From a virus (taxonomy: Duplodnaviria; Heunggongvirae; Uroviricota; Caudoviricetes), in IMG/VR virus record IMGVR_UViG_3300025093_000001: a stretch of DNA of 37,726 nucleotides; one strand, 5' to 3'. The notes beneath the pieces are model-generated. The model saw only the letters and a program-made list of their open reading frames with translations, ran no database searches and was not told where the DNA came from. The position numbers and the translations under genes are program-made. Positions 29,801 through 37,726 of this stretch are shown in pieces (position 1 is the first letter of the stretch; every line of letters starts with the position of its first letter).

Positions 29801-32800
29801 ACTTTATGATGAAGTAGAAGATGCGGATAATCCAGAGAGAAGTTTTGACAAGTACATTGGTCAAGATGGTGGATTCAGCTCTCTTACTAAAGAGATGAAA
29901 GCATTCCTATTATTGTCTACTGTACAATCAGATGAGTTCGGAGTAGGACTGTCAGAGGATGCTTTAGCTGACCCTAAATATACTGTACCTGTTAATGTAT
30001 TTAATACTTACTACAATATTCAAAAAGGATTAGTAGGAGCTTCTGCAGCAAATATGTTGCCAAGATTAAAGGAACTTGCAGTATATGACAAGGAACTTCA
30101 GTCTGTGTATGATAGAATGATGATTCGTATCAAGGCTGATTTAAATGAGCAAGATACTGCTAACGATGATTTGACATTCTCTCGTATTAAGAGAAGTAAC
30201 TTCTTTAATCTATTCAACAGTAACTTCAATAACACAAGACTGTCTATTGATGATACTCTGTTTGACGTAGGTACTAAGAAGTATAAAGTAGTAGCAGCTA
30301 ATCAAAGAAATGCTGCTGAGACTCAAGTAAATGCTTGGGCACAAAGATATGAAAGGATTCTAACCTATAAGAATCCATTTGATATTGCTGAAACTATTAC
30401 TAGCCTGAAGCCAAAGTATATTTTAGAGGATAATGCAGAGTCTAGAGATTTACTATTCTCTGAAGAGAAACTTCAAGCAAGACTTTCATACATAAAGAGT
30501 GAGCTCTTTAATGAGCTTGGTATGGACTTACATATCAATTATATTAAGTGGAGTTTCTTAAATGATAACTTGGCACTTCTTAATAATGCTAGATTAGAGT
30601 TTGAAGAGGAAGAAGGATTCCATCCAAATGAGGCTAAAGCTCAGGAACTCTTAGACTTCCATGCACTCTTTGCTGAGTCTGGTGTTAACTCTCTTAATGA
30701 GAAAATTCAATCTGCTGCGGATAAAAAAGCCAAGAAGGCAGGTAAGGGTCTTCTATTTGACCTATTACCTACAACTAACATCCTGAGACATGTTAGGGCT
30801 AACAATAGAAACCCTTATGGATTAACTGATTTTGAAATTAGTCAGAATACACAAGGTAAGATTGTTCGTTCAGGTGGTGAGGGTGCAGTAACTAGAATGA
30901 AGTTTATTGCTGCATCTAACGCAATATTTGATACTTCTGTTAGACCTACTTCTCATCAAAATGCTGAGGGTAAGACTATTACAGATGTAACTAAGTATTC
31001 ATTCTACTCTAGAATGTTGGACATAATGAAGTCTAAACCTTTTGTAGAGTATCTGAATAATATAAACAGTGATGATGTAACTTGGGAGACTCTGAGAACT
31101 TTATTGAGGGAGAACTTCAATATTAGTTATCCTGACCATTTTATAAGAACATGGCATAACTCGTTGAAATCTAACCCATTAGTTACTCGTAATATCATCG
31201 AAGATATCTTTAATTCTACCACTGTAATTAAAACATTAGGTGGTATGAGAGAGGTTAGCATTCGAGAAGATGATAGTATTAATACTAACAAGGACTACCG
31301 TGATGGTAAGACTTGGAAACACTTGGACATCAGGTCTAAGATTATAAACTCACTTATTAACTTTGTAGACGAGAAGTCTGGGACTGATAATCCTATGTAC
31401 TATAGTATGTTCACTATTAACAGTGACAAGTCTACAGTATACTCTAAACTACTTCCTAAGAAGAGCTACGTTACTAGTAAAGGCTTAACTGCTGAAGCTA
31501 GAGAAACTCTCTTTGAATTGTTTGAAACAGACTACAATAGGGTAAGTGCTGAGTATCAGAATATTGAAAAAGTTAAAGCTGGTGAGATTGATAGGTTGGA
31601 AGGATATAACCACGATGCAGCTACTGGAAGTTTTGAAACTTATCTTGATAAAGATGGTCAGGAACAACCATTAAGAGCATTTGAATTTAATACTTTCATA
31701 TGGTTAAAAGATACTAATCCTGGACTTTACAATACACTTATTGAAAATGCTAAGGTAGGTAAGAAGATAACTAAAGAGCTTAAGGATAATATTAAAGACC
31801 AATTTGAAGAGTTCTTAAATACTCAGGCTCAAGAGATGTTAAACTTACTACAGAGTCCAGCTTTTGAGGTTATCAAAAAGAATAAGAAGGATGAGTATGT
31901 GAATAGACTTCTCCCTAATGACTTTGTTGATACTGGTGTTGTTAATGAGTTAATGCTTCATAACTTCTTGGTAAATGATTACATCAACTCTATTGCTTTC
32001 AACAATATGTTGGATGGTGATAGCTTTATGGGCACTAAGAACTGGATTGACTTTATCAACAGAAATGCTGGTAAGAATGCTTACGGTGCTAGTCTGGGTG
32101 AAGGTCAATCTAAAATTGCTATTATCAAGGCATTTAATGATGAGAGAATCCCTGGTATTGATTGGGCAGACGCACAGTCATATAGTACAGAGGGATGGAT
32201 GATGAATACTTACCTTAGAAAATTAGGTAAGCTTCCTAGAAATGTAGAGAGAGTGTGGCAACAGAAGAGAATGGGTAAAGAGCTTAGTAGCTCCGACCTC
32301 AGTATCCTTCGTCACCATAAGGCAATGTCTCAATCTAAAAAGCTTGTAGCTAAAGATGGTTACTTATATTGGAAAACTTCGGTAGCTGAAATTGAAAGAG
32401 GTGGTGTATCTTATATTGACCCACAGGATGAGGCAGCTAAAGATAAGCTGTATCAACAACTCTTCAAAGCTGAGACTGACCTTATCTATGCTGAGACTGA
32501 TAAAGCTAAGCAAAAGGCTCTTAATAAGATTGATACGTTATATATAGGCATCCATAAGTTGTGGAAACCTTATCCACATAAGGAAGTACTGCATAATCTT
32601 CTGAATCAAATGGAGAGAAAGGGCATTGACCTTATAGCATTTGATAGTGCTATGAAGACTAATAAGCCTAACGTATCTAATGTTCAGACTGATGGTTCTG
32701 TTGACCTTATAGCTAATGATATTAACAATGAGTTTATCAGAGAGCAGGTTATTACTTCTGGATTCAAGAATAAAATTGTACACGGTACTCAGCTAATTCA

Positions 32801-35800
32801 ACTTATCTGGTCAGAGCATGACCCAGAGACTGAAGTACAAATTGGTGATAAAGTTTACAAGCTTGGTTACTTAAGAGACCTGTATCAAAATAAAATTGCG
32901 GACAGAACTCAGAGAGGTAGAACTCGTCTGGAGAAAATTCTATTTACAAATAGAGATGGTCAGCAAACACTTAAGCCACAATATAAAGAACTGTATGAGT
33001 CATTTGTACGTTCTATTGAGAAGTCAAATCCTGACCCATACTTAGTAGAAATGTTTGCTACTGACCTGCAAAGTAGTCCTGTATATAACCCTAACTTCAG
33101 TGGTGTATCTCAGAAGTTCTACCAAATGTTCTTAGCATTTGCATCTGCAGATGTTCTGAAGCATAAGGTAAATGGTGTTAAGTACACATTACAATCAGAC
33201 TATGGACATAAGGTTCTTGTTGATACTGAAGGTAATGTAGTCATGACTAAGGACTTTGACGCTAGTAAAAAATATGGCGAGCCAAGACACCTAGCATACG
33301 ATGAAAGTACTGGAGAAGCTGAAGCTATCATTTCAGGAAATGTGGCTAGTCTATACAAACTACAGAAAGGTCAAACTATTCCAAAGGATTTAGCCAAGCA
33401 GTTAGGATTCCGTATCCCTACTCAAGATAAGCACTCAATGATTAAGTTGAAGGTAGTAGATATTCTACCTCCATCAACTATGAATACTATCATTGTACAT
33501 CCTAAAGTAATTGAACTGTCTGGAGCTGACTTTGATATTGACTCCCTGTTTGTAAGAACTTACTCTGTTACGGGTAAAGCTCGCTATGGTAATTATCTGC
33601 AAGTAGGAAGTATTGATAGAGCTATCCAAGAACTACGAGCTAGTAGAGATAACTCTAAAGATTTCAGTGAGTTCTTAAAGAGAGCTAAGTCTGAAATTGC
33701 ATTTGATGCAGAGGCTCAGTTCGAAGCTATGAAGGCTAGTGGTGAAAGTAATCTGGAAGCATTGCAGTCTGGATTCACTAACACTGATAGAAAGAATAAG
33801 CTTAAAGAGTTGATTGACAACTACTATAAAACTAAAGGTTTATCATCTGATATCGCAGAGTTTAAGAAATCAAATTCTGCTCTGCATGACCAAATCTTAG
33901 CTAACATTGCAGCTTACAAAGAGGGTAGATTAGGAGATATAGTTCCACTTACTACAGAGGAATTAGATAACTCTATCTTAGACCTTGAGTATGAGATGGT
34001 TAACACAGGTAGTACTGGTAATAAGACTATTGCAGAGACTCCAATGACAATGGATGTTATTGAGAATGTCCTTGATACTTGGAAGGGTATGGGTCTTGAT
34101 TACTCTGTATCTGTAAAAGCTCCACACACTTTCTTATCTAAGATACAATCTATTCTTGCAAATGATGCTGGTAATGCTGGTATTGGTCCAGTTGCCCTGT
34201 CTAACGTTGCAGTACAAAACTTATTGGCTAAGGGGGCGAAACTTCTCCATGATGTAAGTATCTTAGGTGAAAAAGCATTTGATGATTTTGGAGAAGGTTT
34301 GAATAGAGTAAATAACATTATCTCTACTATCCTATCTGCAATGACTGATAACAATAAACACTTATTCTCTTCTCAGCTTAATTTGAATATGGATACAGTA
34401 GGTATTGCAGCAACTATAGCTGGTCTAGGTGTTAAACCTGACAAACTGTTTGCTACATTTAGACAACCTGCTATCACAGTATTTGCAAATCTTCTTGATA
34501 GAAAACGAGCAGCTATTAAGTTAGGTACAGAGAGAAGTGAGATTAATGGATTGCTGAGTGACCTGGATAGTATGATTGAATATACATTCGACAAGCTTGG
34601 ATTGTCAGATGTAAATATGGATGTAGTAAGTGACCTTAATGTACCTTTAACTGTAGAGAACCTACATGAAGGTATGAAGTATGAGAAAGGTCTGAACTCT
34701 TCTTTATCAAGAGAACAATATGCACGACTGCAAATGAATGCTCTTGGAGAAATTTACAATGCAAAGAAAGTTGCGGATGAAATTAGAAACTACACTCGTC
34801 TGTTGTCACTTATCAAGGGACTTGAGGGTAGCCCAACACAGCTTGATAGACTAGAGGATAGCTTGATTGAGTTAGGTATCAAGATTAAAGAATCTGATGG
34901 AAAGGTAACCTTTACTAAAATTAAAGGTGCTGATACCTACTTAGATTGGGAAGACATTCTGTTGTCAGAAGATTCTAACCCATATGTTATAGAGAACATT
35001 AAGACTGCTATGTTGCTTAAGAAGCACTTAGGTAAGTTCTTGATTCCATTCTCTGATAAGGGATACTCTCTATTAAACACTGTTAAGAAAAATGCTAACC
35101 CAAGAAGATTCTATGATGAAGGTAGATTCAGCAAACTTCTTCGTAGTGTATCTGCTTACCTACTTATTAAGAAGGATAAGCAAAGAAGAGAGCCTGGATT
35201 CTATAGTCCAGATATTGTATTCAAACCTGATTTGATTATTCAACATAGAGAACTTATGAAAGAGGTTGAGGATAGAACCTCACCACTATATAACAACAAG
35301 TTCCTATTGGCACTTAGAGAAAACATCTATGAAAGCAAGTTCCATAATAAGTGGGTGTTTGGACTTACAGTAAATACTCGTAAGATTACAGACCCTGACC
35401 TGAGAACAAAAATATTAAATGACTCAGGAATCTTGTTTGAGAACAAAAAATATCGTAAATTTGCAAAAGACTTAGTTAAATCACTTGTAGTATCTGATGC
35501 ATTGATGTATAAAAATGGTTCTTATCTTACCAACTTAGACCCAACATTCTTGAGTCAACTAATTGGACAGTTAGATGGAGTGCAAGATGCATTCAATTCT
35601 GGTTCAATAGAAAAGATTTCTCAGGAAATGGGTATGGATTGGAATGAAATGAGAAAAGAATTAACTGAACTCTTCTTATATGATTCATCTAACTTTACTG
35701 AAAGAAGGATAGCTAAGAGTAGAATTGTAACTATATTGAATAAAGTTACTAGAGGTATCATGGCAGAGCATAAGGGTGTAAGTCCAGAGGCTATAGCTTC

Positions 35801-36539
35801 ACTTAAAAGTGAAGAAGCCAGAGAGTACAGACCTGTATGGCATGATAGAAAAGAGAAGACTCTTCATATATCCTTGAGAAAAGGATTCAATACTAAAGCT
35901 AAGGATTATGCTCCTGAATTTGCGTATATGAGAGAAATGGCTGATAAGCTGGCATCCTCTTCTAGCCTATTTGTAAAAGGAAGTTACGTTTGGAAAGAAG
36001 CTACAGAGAAAGAGGAAGCTAAGACTACAACATCATTAGGATTCCCTCTAATGTTCAACTTTATCATTAGGTCAACTGATGATAGTGGTCAAACTGTAGA
36101 GAGAAATGCTTTGTATAAACTAACTAAGATTAATAGAAATCCATTTAAGGATGAGTGGACTGAGCCATTCTTTGAGAATGATTCAAACTATGTGAATGCG
36201 TTAGATGCTGTTTATGAGGAAGTTCCTGAGATTAATTCATCTGCATTCTCAATGCTTGGAATGTCTGTTGAAGAGGTTCAAGAATACTCTAAGAGGGAAG
36301 CTACTGAAGAGAAGTTAGCACCTAAGAAGGAAGAAATTTCTGTAGGTAGAAAGCTAACTGCTGAAGAGCAAAATGCATTAGACAATGCACATATTATGGA
36401 TGCAGCTTCAGAAGCTAGAGCTAAAGAAAACTCTCACCTAAAACATATCACTAATGAGTTTGGAGTTATGATTAAGAATCCACATTATGCTCCAGAAGGG
36501 AAAAAACCTATTCAGGATAAAAATAAAGACAATTGCTAA
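23877..36539 (+). CDS. Giant virion-packaged RNA polymerase polyprotein (4220 aa): membrane/ejection region, zincin metallopeptidase and double-psi beta-barrel RNAP
   Basis: Catalytic GADFDIDS (DFDID at 33528-33542, aa 3218), GFRIPTQ (33411), DAQSY (32169), FDSAMK and SAMTDNNK are crAss-RNAP-like motifs. HEAFH at 29046-29060 has a downstream EEKLAD. Gly/Ala-rich hydrophobic segments lie at 24156-25326. Confidence 0.9.
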   Translation: MAEDKTFSVEDFASQGVGFTPTPKVQLSQQILAPHRKRQAVASNFSSPGRSYLDMTFEPTEEGNAWWQNEFDAANQNWLESWGVGLTKFVGKTGLYTIGNIGGLAVALLKTPGAIANGDFTRLFNNEFSTAMMNAEEWLDENLKSYYSQAEQDANFWKSMGQANFWANDVLGGMAFTVSAVLSAYLTGGGGLASAAARGSMLSRMLKGASVVTKGISKTPWKQGLTQASKLLGKSFGQTAKQAAMGTKNFMVGAWYEAGVEANHFIKDTEDKYKNKFIEEYTKTNGQTPSSQEVVDYLATKKSTINRAANALFVGNLALVGGVNMITLPSIFGRGLFKASNPYAHLAKGANKPVDWFKRVAGDLGAKKISKDAATGAWKMAFDRWGSTTGGKLLRGTYYTSKLLRNPLYEGFVEEGGQGLMSRAAFNYVAGQYNPEGTHNQYTMMNSLGDAFDDTYGTFGTDENPEFWKEVGIGVIIGALGAPTFRGANPFKDGNWQGGAYGKYRETRRDLAAAREMIDEINAGNVAPAFKKAVKASNSIYTSSQRKQEGIADTDFFTAKRAESAELFGAVKMHHDLGITEYLEEDFAKEVEEMPLDAFRESFGYENMKDEELEARKKEVVDAFRRKVEMTTNAINKAQEIIRNRKLVGEDENGNIDEMLNEDLTTALAYNIHLGYDLDATEKKLFETLSEMTGMDPRTLRQARNANLRIPFNKSQISKVQKELKKYQRYLDMSKKEEKIGKWSSRKETAEDVIANLEDRIKAIIREEEETRKAVKLEYNGDIDALYEDLMASFEARKQFEEVYEELPYDKDAITNTFNDLHKIAEQRRLAVQEFDALSSREGAVLFGEDVATVRADMERITKETLIKRWRQDLIQIGLKTGNQNLVESVQADETSEQLGEFKRMPDTDDAEFNGFKNEFSDLVEDVREKLKNPDGYSPETLTNAISTLTKYKEAAEAMAEEAANPEVKGLYTELQEQIDEELDILKELNKANKRYETHGTEPILDKATSLIRITLPQDEEERAQALEVLDKADADSLKAFLSIRKVEYDKGGTPVKPKNKRGVEITDTPITIMRGNPKVAGEGYALFYGDVKIGGITHPDKFHYEGRPLNPEVANELLALGLPVGEHELFKQFHAATTALFQEVDNKGSVGGKKIAETLYLRKGAPGFQMISNQDIRPLVGDLFTQNPEYLVEMGGKKGLFIVRDQEMFLVEPTGEVTQLESEEAINFRAKGIKDSFKSPASFANLRHQYVLVAPVGDRNQILGLDYPQANSYTEEQFKAELEDKVFAFDKVSNEDLVKEAKDKKIVSREIEMFVTLGNSERATSKVSVFVTIARRRTTEDPNKFTRAFVNIRFKPTEPGSWGVNWNVIKRNEDNDGLLVTYYQDNKKVEEPLTKDSLIRALNRRMLSFHNKKKKEEHEEYLDTLLSDSDGNLAARVADVKTRVETDTLRDLELAATPRAASGTDYYMYPRKAVFEKAVKVAKKEDAPVVSPTTSNPINTASPELRVVDNPEVKGGKEIFIRAGFDAQKGEESWLSVSSWQQELDGALAAGIVKDIDAARVHPRLGQYYAQFGLSISDTGKIYLPEVKTEEKPAVADDEASTEVASPDEVETPKTDAERLKEMEEAAQEDTNAEEQEEEDDDNPYFSRTSYDNTSKLTYAEALKLLKSILPIQSDENPNGLISLKEIAGLENRLKANGTTFGAFRDNIIYLEKNKANRGIVFHEAFHAVFRSLLSPSERAAIYAEAMEEFGVPSKEDLDKLRDTHPSYLNMSGVEVANLWYEEKLADKFANYAAPKKAATTAIGRFFQRIWNWITSFRGTSRAPFQQLFDNILSGQYVKPSSIYNNDSSVAMIMLPRKKRINENVKNPRLNRIQSERIISRVAHDVYDKVAESGTLIGISEVINAAMDNIADFYSVANWETERLQKLKNTNVELTQRFTNDLADMSSALKHKESRKIIRREVANLISMIDTELELYDEVEDADNPERSFDKYIGQDGGFSSLTKEMKAFLLLSTVQSDEFGVGLSEDALADPKYTVPVNVFNTYYNIQKGLVGASAANMLPRLKELAVYDKELQSVYDRMMIRIKADLNEQDTANDDLTFSRIKRSNFFNLFNSNFNNTRLSIDDTLFDVGTKKYKVVAANQRNAAETQVNAWAQRYERILTYKNPFDIAETITSLKPKYILEDNAESRDLLFSEEKLQARLSYIKSELFNELGMDLHINYIKWSFLNDNLALLNNARLEFEEEEGFHPNEAKAQELLDFHALFAESGVNSLNEKIQSAADKKAKKAGKGLLFDLLPTTNILRHVRANNRNPYGLTDFEISQNTQGKIVRSGGEGAVTRMKFIAASNAIFDTSVRPTSHQNAEGKTITDVTKYSFYSRMLDIMKSKPFVEYLNNINSDDVTWETLRTLLRENFNISYPDHFIRTWHNSLKSNPLVTRNIIEDIFNSTTVIKTLGGMREVSIREDDSINTNKDYRDGKTWKHLDIRSKIINSLINFVDEKSGTDNPMYYSMFTINSDKSTVYSKLLPKKSYVTSKGLTAEARETLFELFETDYNRVSAEYQNIEKVKAGEIDRLEGYNHDAATGSFETYLDKDGQEQPLRAFEFNTFIWLKDTNPGLYNTLIENAKVGKKITKELKDNIKDQFEEFLNTQAQEMLNLLQSPAFEVIKKNKKDEYVNRLLPNDFVDTGVVNELMLHNFLVNDYINSIAFNNMLDGDSFMGTKNWIDFINRNAGKNAYGASLGEGQSKIAIIKAFNDERIPGIDWADAQSYSTEGWMMNTYLRKLGKLPRNVERVWQQKRMGKELSSSDLSILRHHKAMSQSKKLVAKDGYLYWKTSVAEIERGGVSYIDPQDEAAKDKLYQQLFKAETDLIYAETDKAKQKALNKIDTLYIGIHKLWKPYPHKEVLHNLLNQMERKGIDLIAFDSAMKTNKPNVSNVQTDGSVDLIANDINNEFIREQVITSGFKNKIVHGTQLIQLIWSEHDPETEVQIGDKVYKLGYLRDLYQNKIADRTQRGRTRLEKILFTNRDGQQTLKPQYKELYESFVRSIEKSNPDPYLVEMFATDLQSSPVYNPNFSGVSQKFYQMFLAFASADVLKHKVNGVKYTLQSDYGHKVLVDTEGNVVMTKDFDASKKYGEPRHLAYDESTGEAEAIISGNVASLYKLQKGQTIPKDLAKQLGFRIPTQDKHSMIKLKVVDILPPSTMNTIIVHPKVIELSGADFDIDSLFVRTYSVTGKARYGNYLQVGSIDRAIQELRASRDNSKDFSEFLKRAKSEIAFDAEAQFEAMKASGESNLEALQSGFTNTDRKNKLKELIDNYYKTKGLSSDIAEFKKSNSALHDQILANIAAYKEGRLGDIVPLTTEELDNSILDLEYEMVNTGSTGNKTIAETPMTMDVIENVLDTWKGMGLDYSVSVKAPHTFLSKIQSILANDAGNAGIGPVALSNVAVQNLLAKGAKLLHDVSILGEKAFDDFGEGLNRVNNIISTILSAMTDNNKHLFSSQLNLNMDTVGIAATIAGLGVKPDKLFATFRQPAITVFANLLDRKRAAIKLGTERSEINGLLSDLDSMIEYTFDKLGLSDVNMDVVSDLNVPLTVENLHEGMKYEKGLNSSLSREQYARLQMNALGEIYNAKKVADEIRNYTRLLSLIKGLEGSPTQLDRLEDSLIELGIKIKESDGKVTFTKIKGADTYLDWEDILLSEDSNPYVIENIKTAMLLKKHLGKFLIPFSDKGYSLLNTVKKNANPRRFYDEGRFSKLLRSVSAYLLIKKDKQRREPGFYSPDIVFKPDLIIQHRELMKEVEDRTSPLYNNKFLLALRENIYESKFHNKWVFGLTVNTRKITDPDLRTKILNDSGILFENKKYRKFAKDLVKSLVVSDALMYKNGSYLTNLDPTFLSQLIGQLDGVQDAFNSGSIEKISQEMGMDWNEMRKELTELFLYDSSNFTERRIAKSRIVTILNKVTRGIMAEHKGVSPEAIASLKSEEAREYRPVWHDRKEKTLHISLRKGFNTKAKDYAPEFAYMREMADKLASSSSLFVKGSYVWKEATEKEEAKTTTSLGFPLMFNFIIRSTDDSGQTVERNALYKLTKINRNPFKDEWTEPFFENDSNYVNALDAVYEEVPEINSSAFSMLGMSVEEVQEYSKREATEEKLAPKKEEISVGRKLTAEEQNALDNAHIMDAASEARAKENSHLKHITNEFGVMIKNPHYAPEGKKPIQDKNKDNC

Positions 36540-37123
36540 TGAAGTGTAGATTAGATGTAAGGGCTGATATTGCTGACCAAGTTCGAGAGGATTTGGGAGC
36601 AACTGGACGTGTCATTGATAATGGTACTCCTACATTTGAATTAAATCATTTGGGGAGAACTGATTACAAGAACACTATACAAGCCGTAGCTAAAATTAAT
36701 GAAGAGTATGGGTCAAAGGTTGTTAAGTTGACTAATGACCCACCATTAGCCACTATTGAGATTCCAGACAATCTAGTTGAGGAATATTATCAAGCTGGTG
36801 TACTTCAGGAATTTGGTGGTAAGAGTGTAAGTGATGAAGCTCTTGAGGAACAAGAAGAAAAAGATTATCAGGATTGGGAAAGTACTACTGAGTTTAAAGG
36901 CAGAGTAGCATCAGGTAATGTTACTGATACTCTTAAGAATATTGAGGGTCAAAGATTCCATACAAGAAGTGCTGTATTAGCCTATTTAAAAGCAGCTAGT
37001 AATCCCTATTTCTATAAGTTAGTGCAGAAGACTGATGCAGAGGGGTCTTACTGGAACGCTATACTTAATCCTAGATATGAACGTTTCATTGATGAAATAA
37101 ACAAATACGAAAGTTGTAGTTAA
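36539..37123 (+). CDS. Small cargo-region protein (194 aa, MKCRLD...YESCS)
   Basis: The TAATG overlap at 36537-36541 favours the ATG at 36539 over the TTG at 36533. Function unknown. Confidence 0.7.
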   Translation: MKCRLDVRADIADQVREDLGATGRVIDNGTPTFELNHLGRTDYKNTIQAVAKINEEYGSKVVKLTNDPPLATIEIPDNLVEEYYQAGVLQEFGGKSVSDEALEEQEEKDYQDWESTTEFKGRVASGNVTDTLKNIEGQRFHTRSAVLAYLKAASNPYFYKLVQKTDAEGSYWNAILNPRYERFIDEINKYESCS

Positions 37124-37125
37124 TT

Positions 37126-37726
37126 ATGAGTTGTAGAGTAGATTTCGAAGAATTTAAAGCTAAGGTAGGTGAAGAACCAGTAAGGTTTGAGCTTGACCAA
37201 AAGAAGCAGGATTTGTTTGATAAGCAAATCCCTAATGGTGCTCCAAGAGTTCAGAAAGAACTAGCGGATACTCTTATTCGTGAGCACTCTAAATATAAAG
37301 CCATTGTAGGTAACTACTATGTAGATGCTGCAGGTAAAGAATATTTAAGAACCACTAACTTCATTAAGAAGTTGAGAGATGGTTATTTCGCATTTCAGTC
37401 TAATGATGAGAGTAGATATGAAATAAATAGAGAGCTTGGTAATACTACTGATATTGTATTGGAAGGAGCCATCCTTGGTAAGAGTTTACCTGACATCTAT
37501 CAAGATGTTAAGAGATTGAGAAATGGTATTTCCATTTCAGAAAAAGCTGTTAATGAGCTTGTAACAGAGATTAATAAATACAAGGTGATATACCCTGGTG
37601 CTGTATTCTTACCACAGATTACTTTAGGCACTGGCTTTGGTGTAGCGGGTACACTTGACCTTTTGATTATTGAATCAGATGGTACAATGCACATTATTGA
37701 TTTAAAAACTTCAGTTAATCCTGTTA
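37126..37726 (+). CDS. Probable large cargo protein with N-terminal PD-(D/E)XK (RecB/Cas4-like) nuclease domain, 3'-truncated; not in ORF track
   Basis: TAATTATG start. The frame is open for 200 codons to the window end: MSCRVDFEEF...VAGTLDLLIIESDGTMHIIDLKTS (37648-37710 matches G.xD......IIDxKT). Confidence 0.8.
   Translation, partial: MSCRVDFEEFKAKVGEEPVRFELDQKKQDLFDKQIPNGAPRVQKELADTLIREHSKYKAIVGNYYVDAAGKEYLRTTNFIKKLRDGYFAFQSNDESRYEINRELGNTTDIVLEGAILGKSLPDIYQDVKRLRNGISISEKAVNELVTEINKYKVIYPGAVFLPQITLGTGFGVAGTLDLLIIESDGTMHIIDLKTSVNPV

Larger units (their letters stand above)
1..37726 (+). mobile_element. crAss-like (Crassvirales-type) bacteriophage genome segment: tail, cargo and virion-RNAP module
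   Basis: The gene order fibres > ring > IHF-like > tail tubular > ~1470-aa stabilisation protein > cargo > giant RNAP with RIPTQ and GADFDID motifs matches the established crAss-like late module. Genes are unidirectional and densely packed, Bacteroidota-type promoter motifs are present, and no host housekeeping genes are seen. Confidence 0.92.

Noticed and set aside
31155-31163. His-Asn-Ser in the RNAP as a possible intein C-terminus
   Set aside because: No intein N-terminal block, no LAGLIDADG/HNH motifs and no internal Cys are present, and the preceding residues do not fit intein block G.
36533-36538. TTG start for the 196-aa ORF
   Set aside because: The ATG at 36539 overlaps the upstream TAA, as in many other genes here, and gives MKCRLD, parallel to MSCRVD.
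1268-37694. Minus-strand and alternate-frame ORFs in the track (e.g. 1268-1594, 14037-14396, 20060-20422, 21101-21454, 26300-26794, 27677-27988, 37500-37694)
   Set aside because: They are nested in or overlap long + strand genes, are Ser/Leu-rich shadows of the sense codon bias, and have no recognisable motifs.
1-37726. Stop-codon reassignment (TAG or TGA), known in some crAss-like phages
   Set aside because: The 4.4-kb and 12.7-kb ORFs are intact in code 11, TGA ends genes in ATGA overlaps, and TAG ends genes at 10166 and 23869. There is no fragmentation pattern.

Overview
The window is part of the late (virion) module of a crAss-like (Crassvirales-type) podophage that most likely infects a Bacteroidota host. 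All credible genes lie on the + strand, read in the standard genetic code and are tightly coupled. 1-12479 is a mosaic array of tail fibres, lectin-type receptor-binding proteins, chaperones and tail-hub-like proteins, and it contains an unexpected stand-alone PAS-domain gene overlapping a holin-like membrane protein gene. 12534-13610 is a calcineurin-like metallophosphoesterase behind a Bacteroidota sigma-A promoter. 13612-20073 is the crAss-type ring / IHF-like / tail tubular / tail stabilisation (muzzle) block. 20076 to the end encodes ejected cargo proteins: two Cys-free proteins, a 4220-aa protein that combines membrane segments, a zincin HExxH domain and a two-barrel virion RNA polymerase (GADFDID), a 194-aa protein, and a truncated PD-(D/E)XK nuclease-containing protein that is missing from the ORF track. 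The strongest leads are (i) cysteines confined to the facing termini of three consecutive cargo proteins, suggesting a head-to-tail covalent or metal-clasped ejection chain, and (ii) the PAS plus holin-like pair as a possible sensor-controlled lysis module. All family assignments come from motif recognition by eye; no searches were run.
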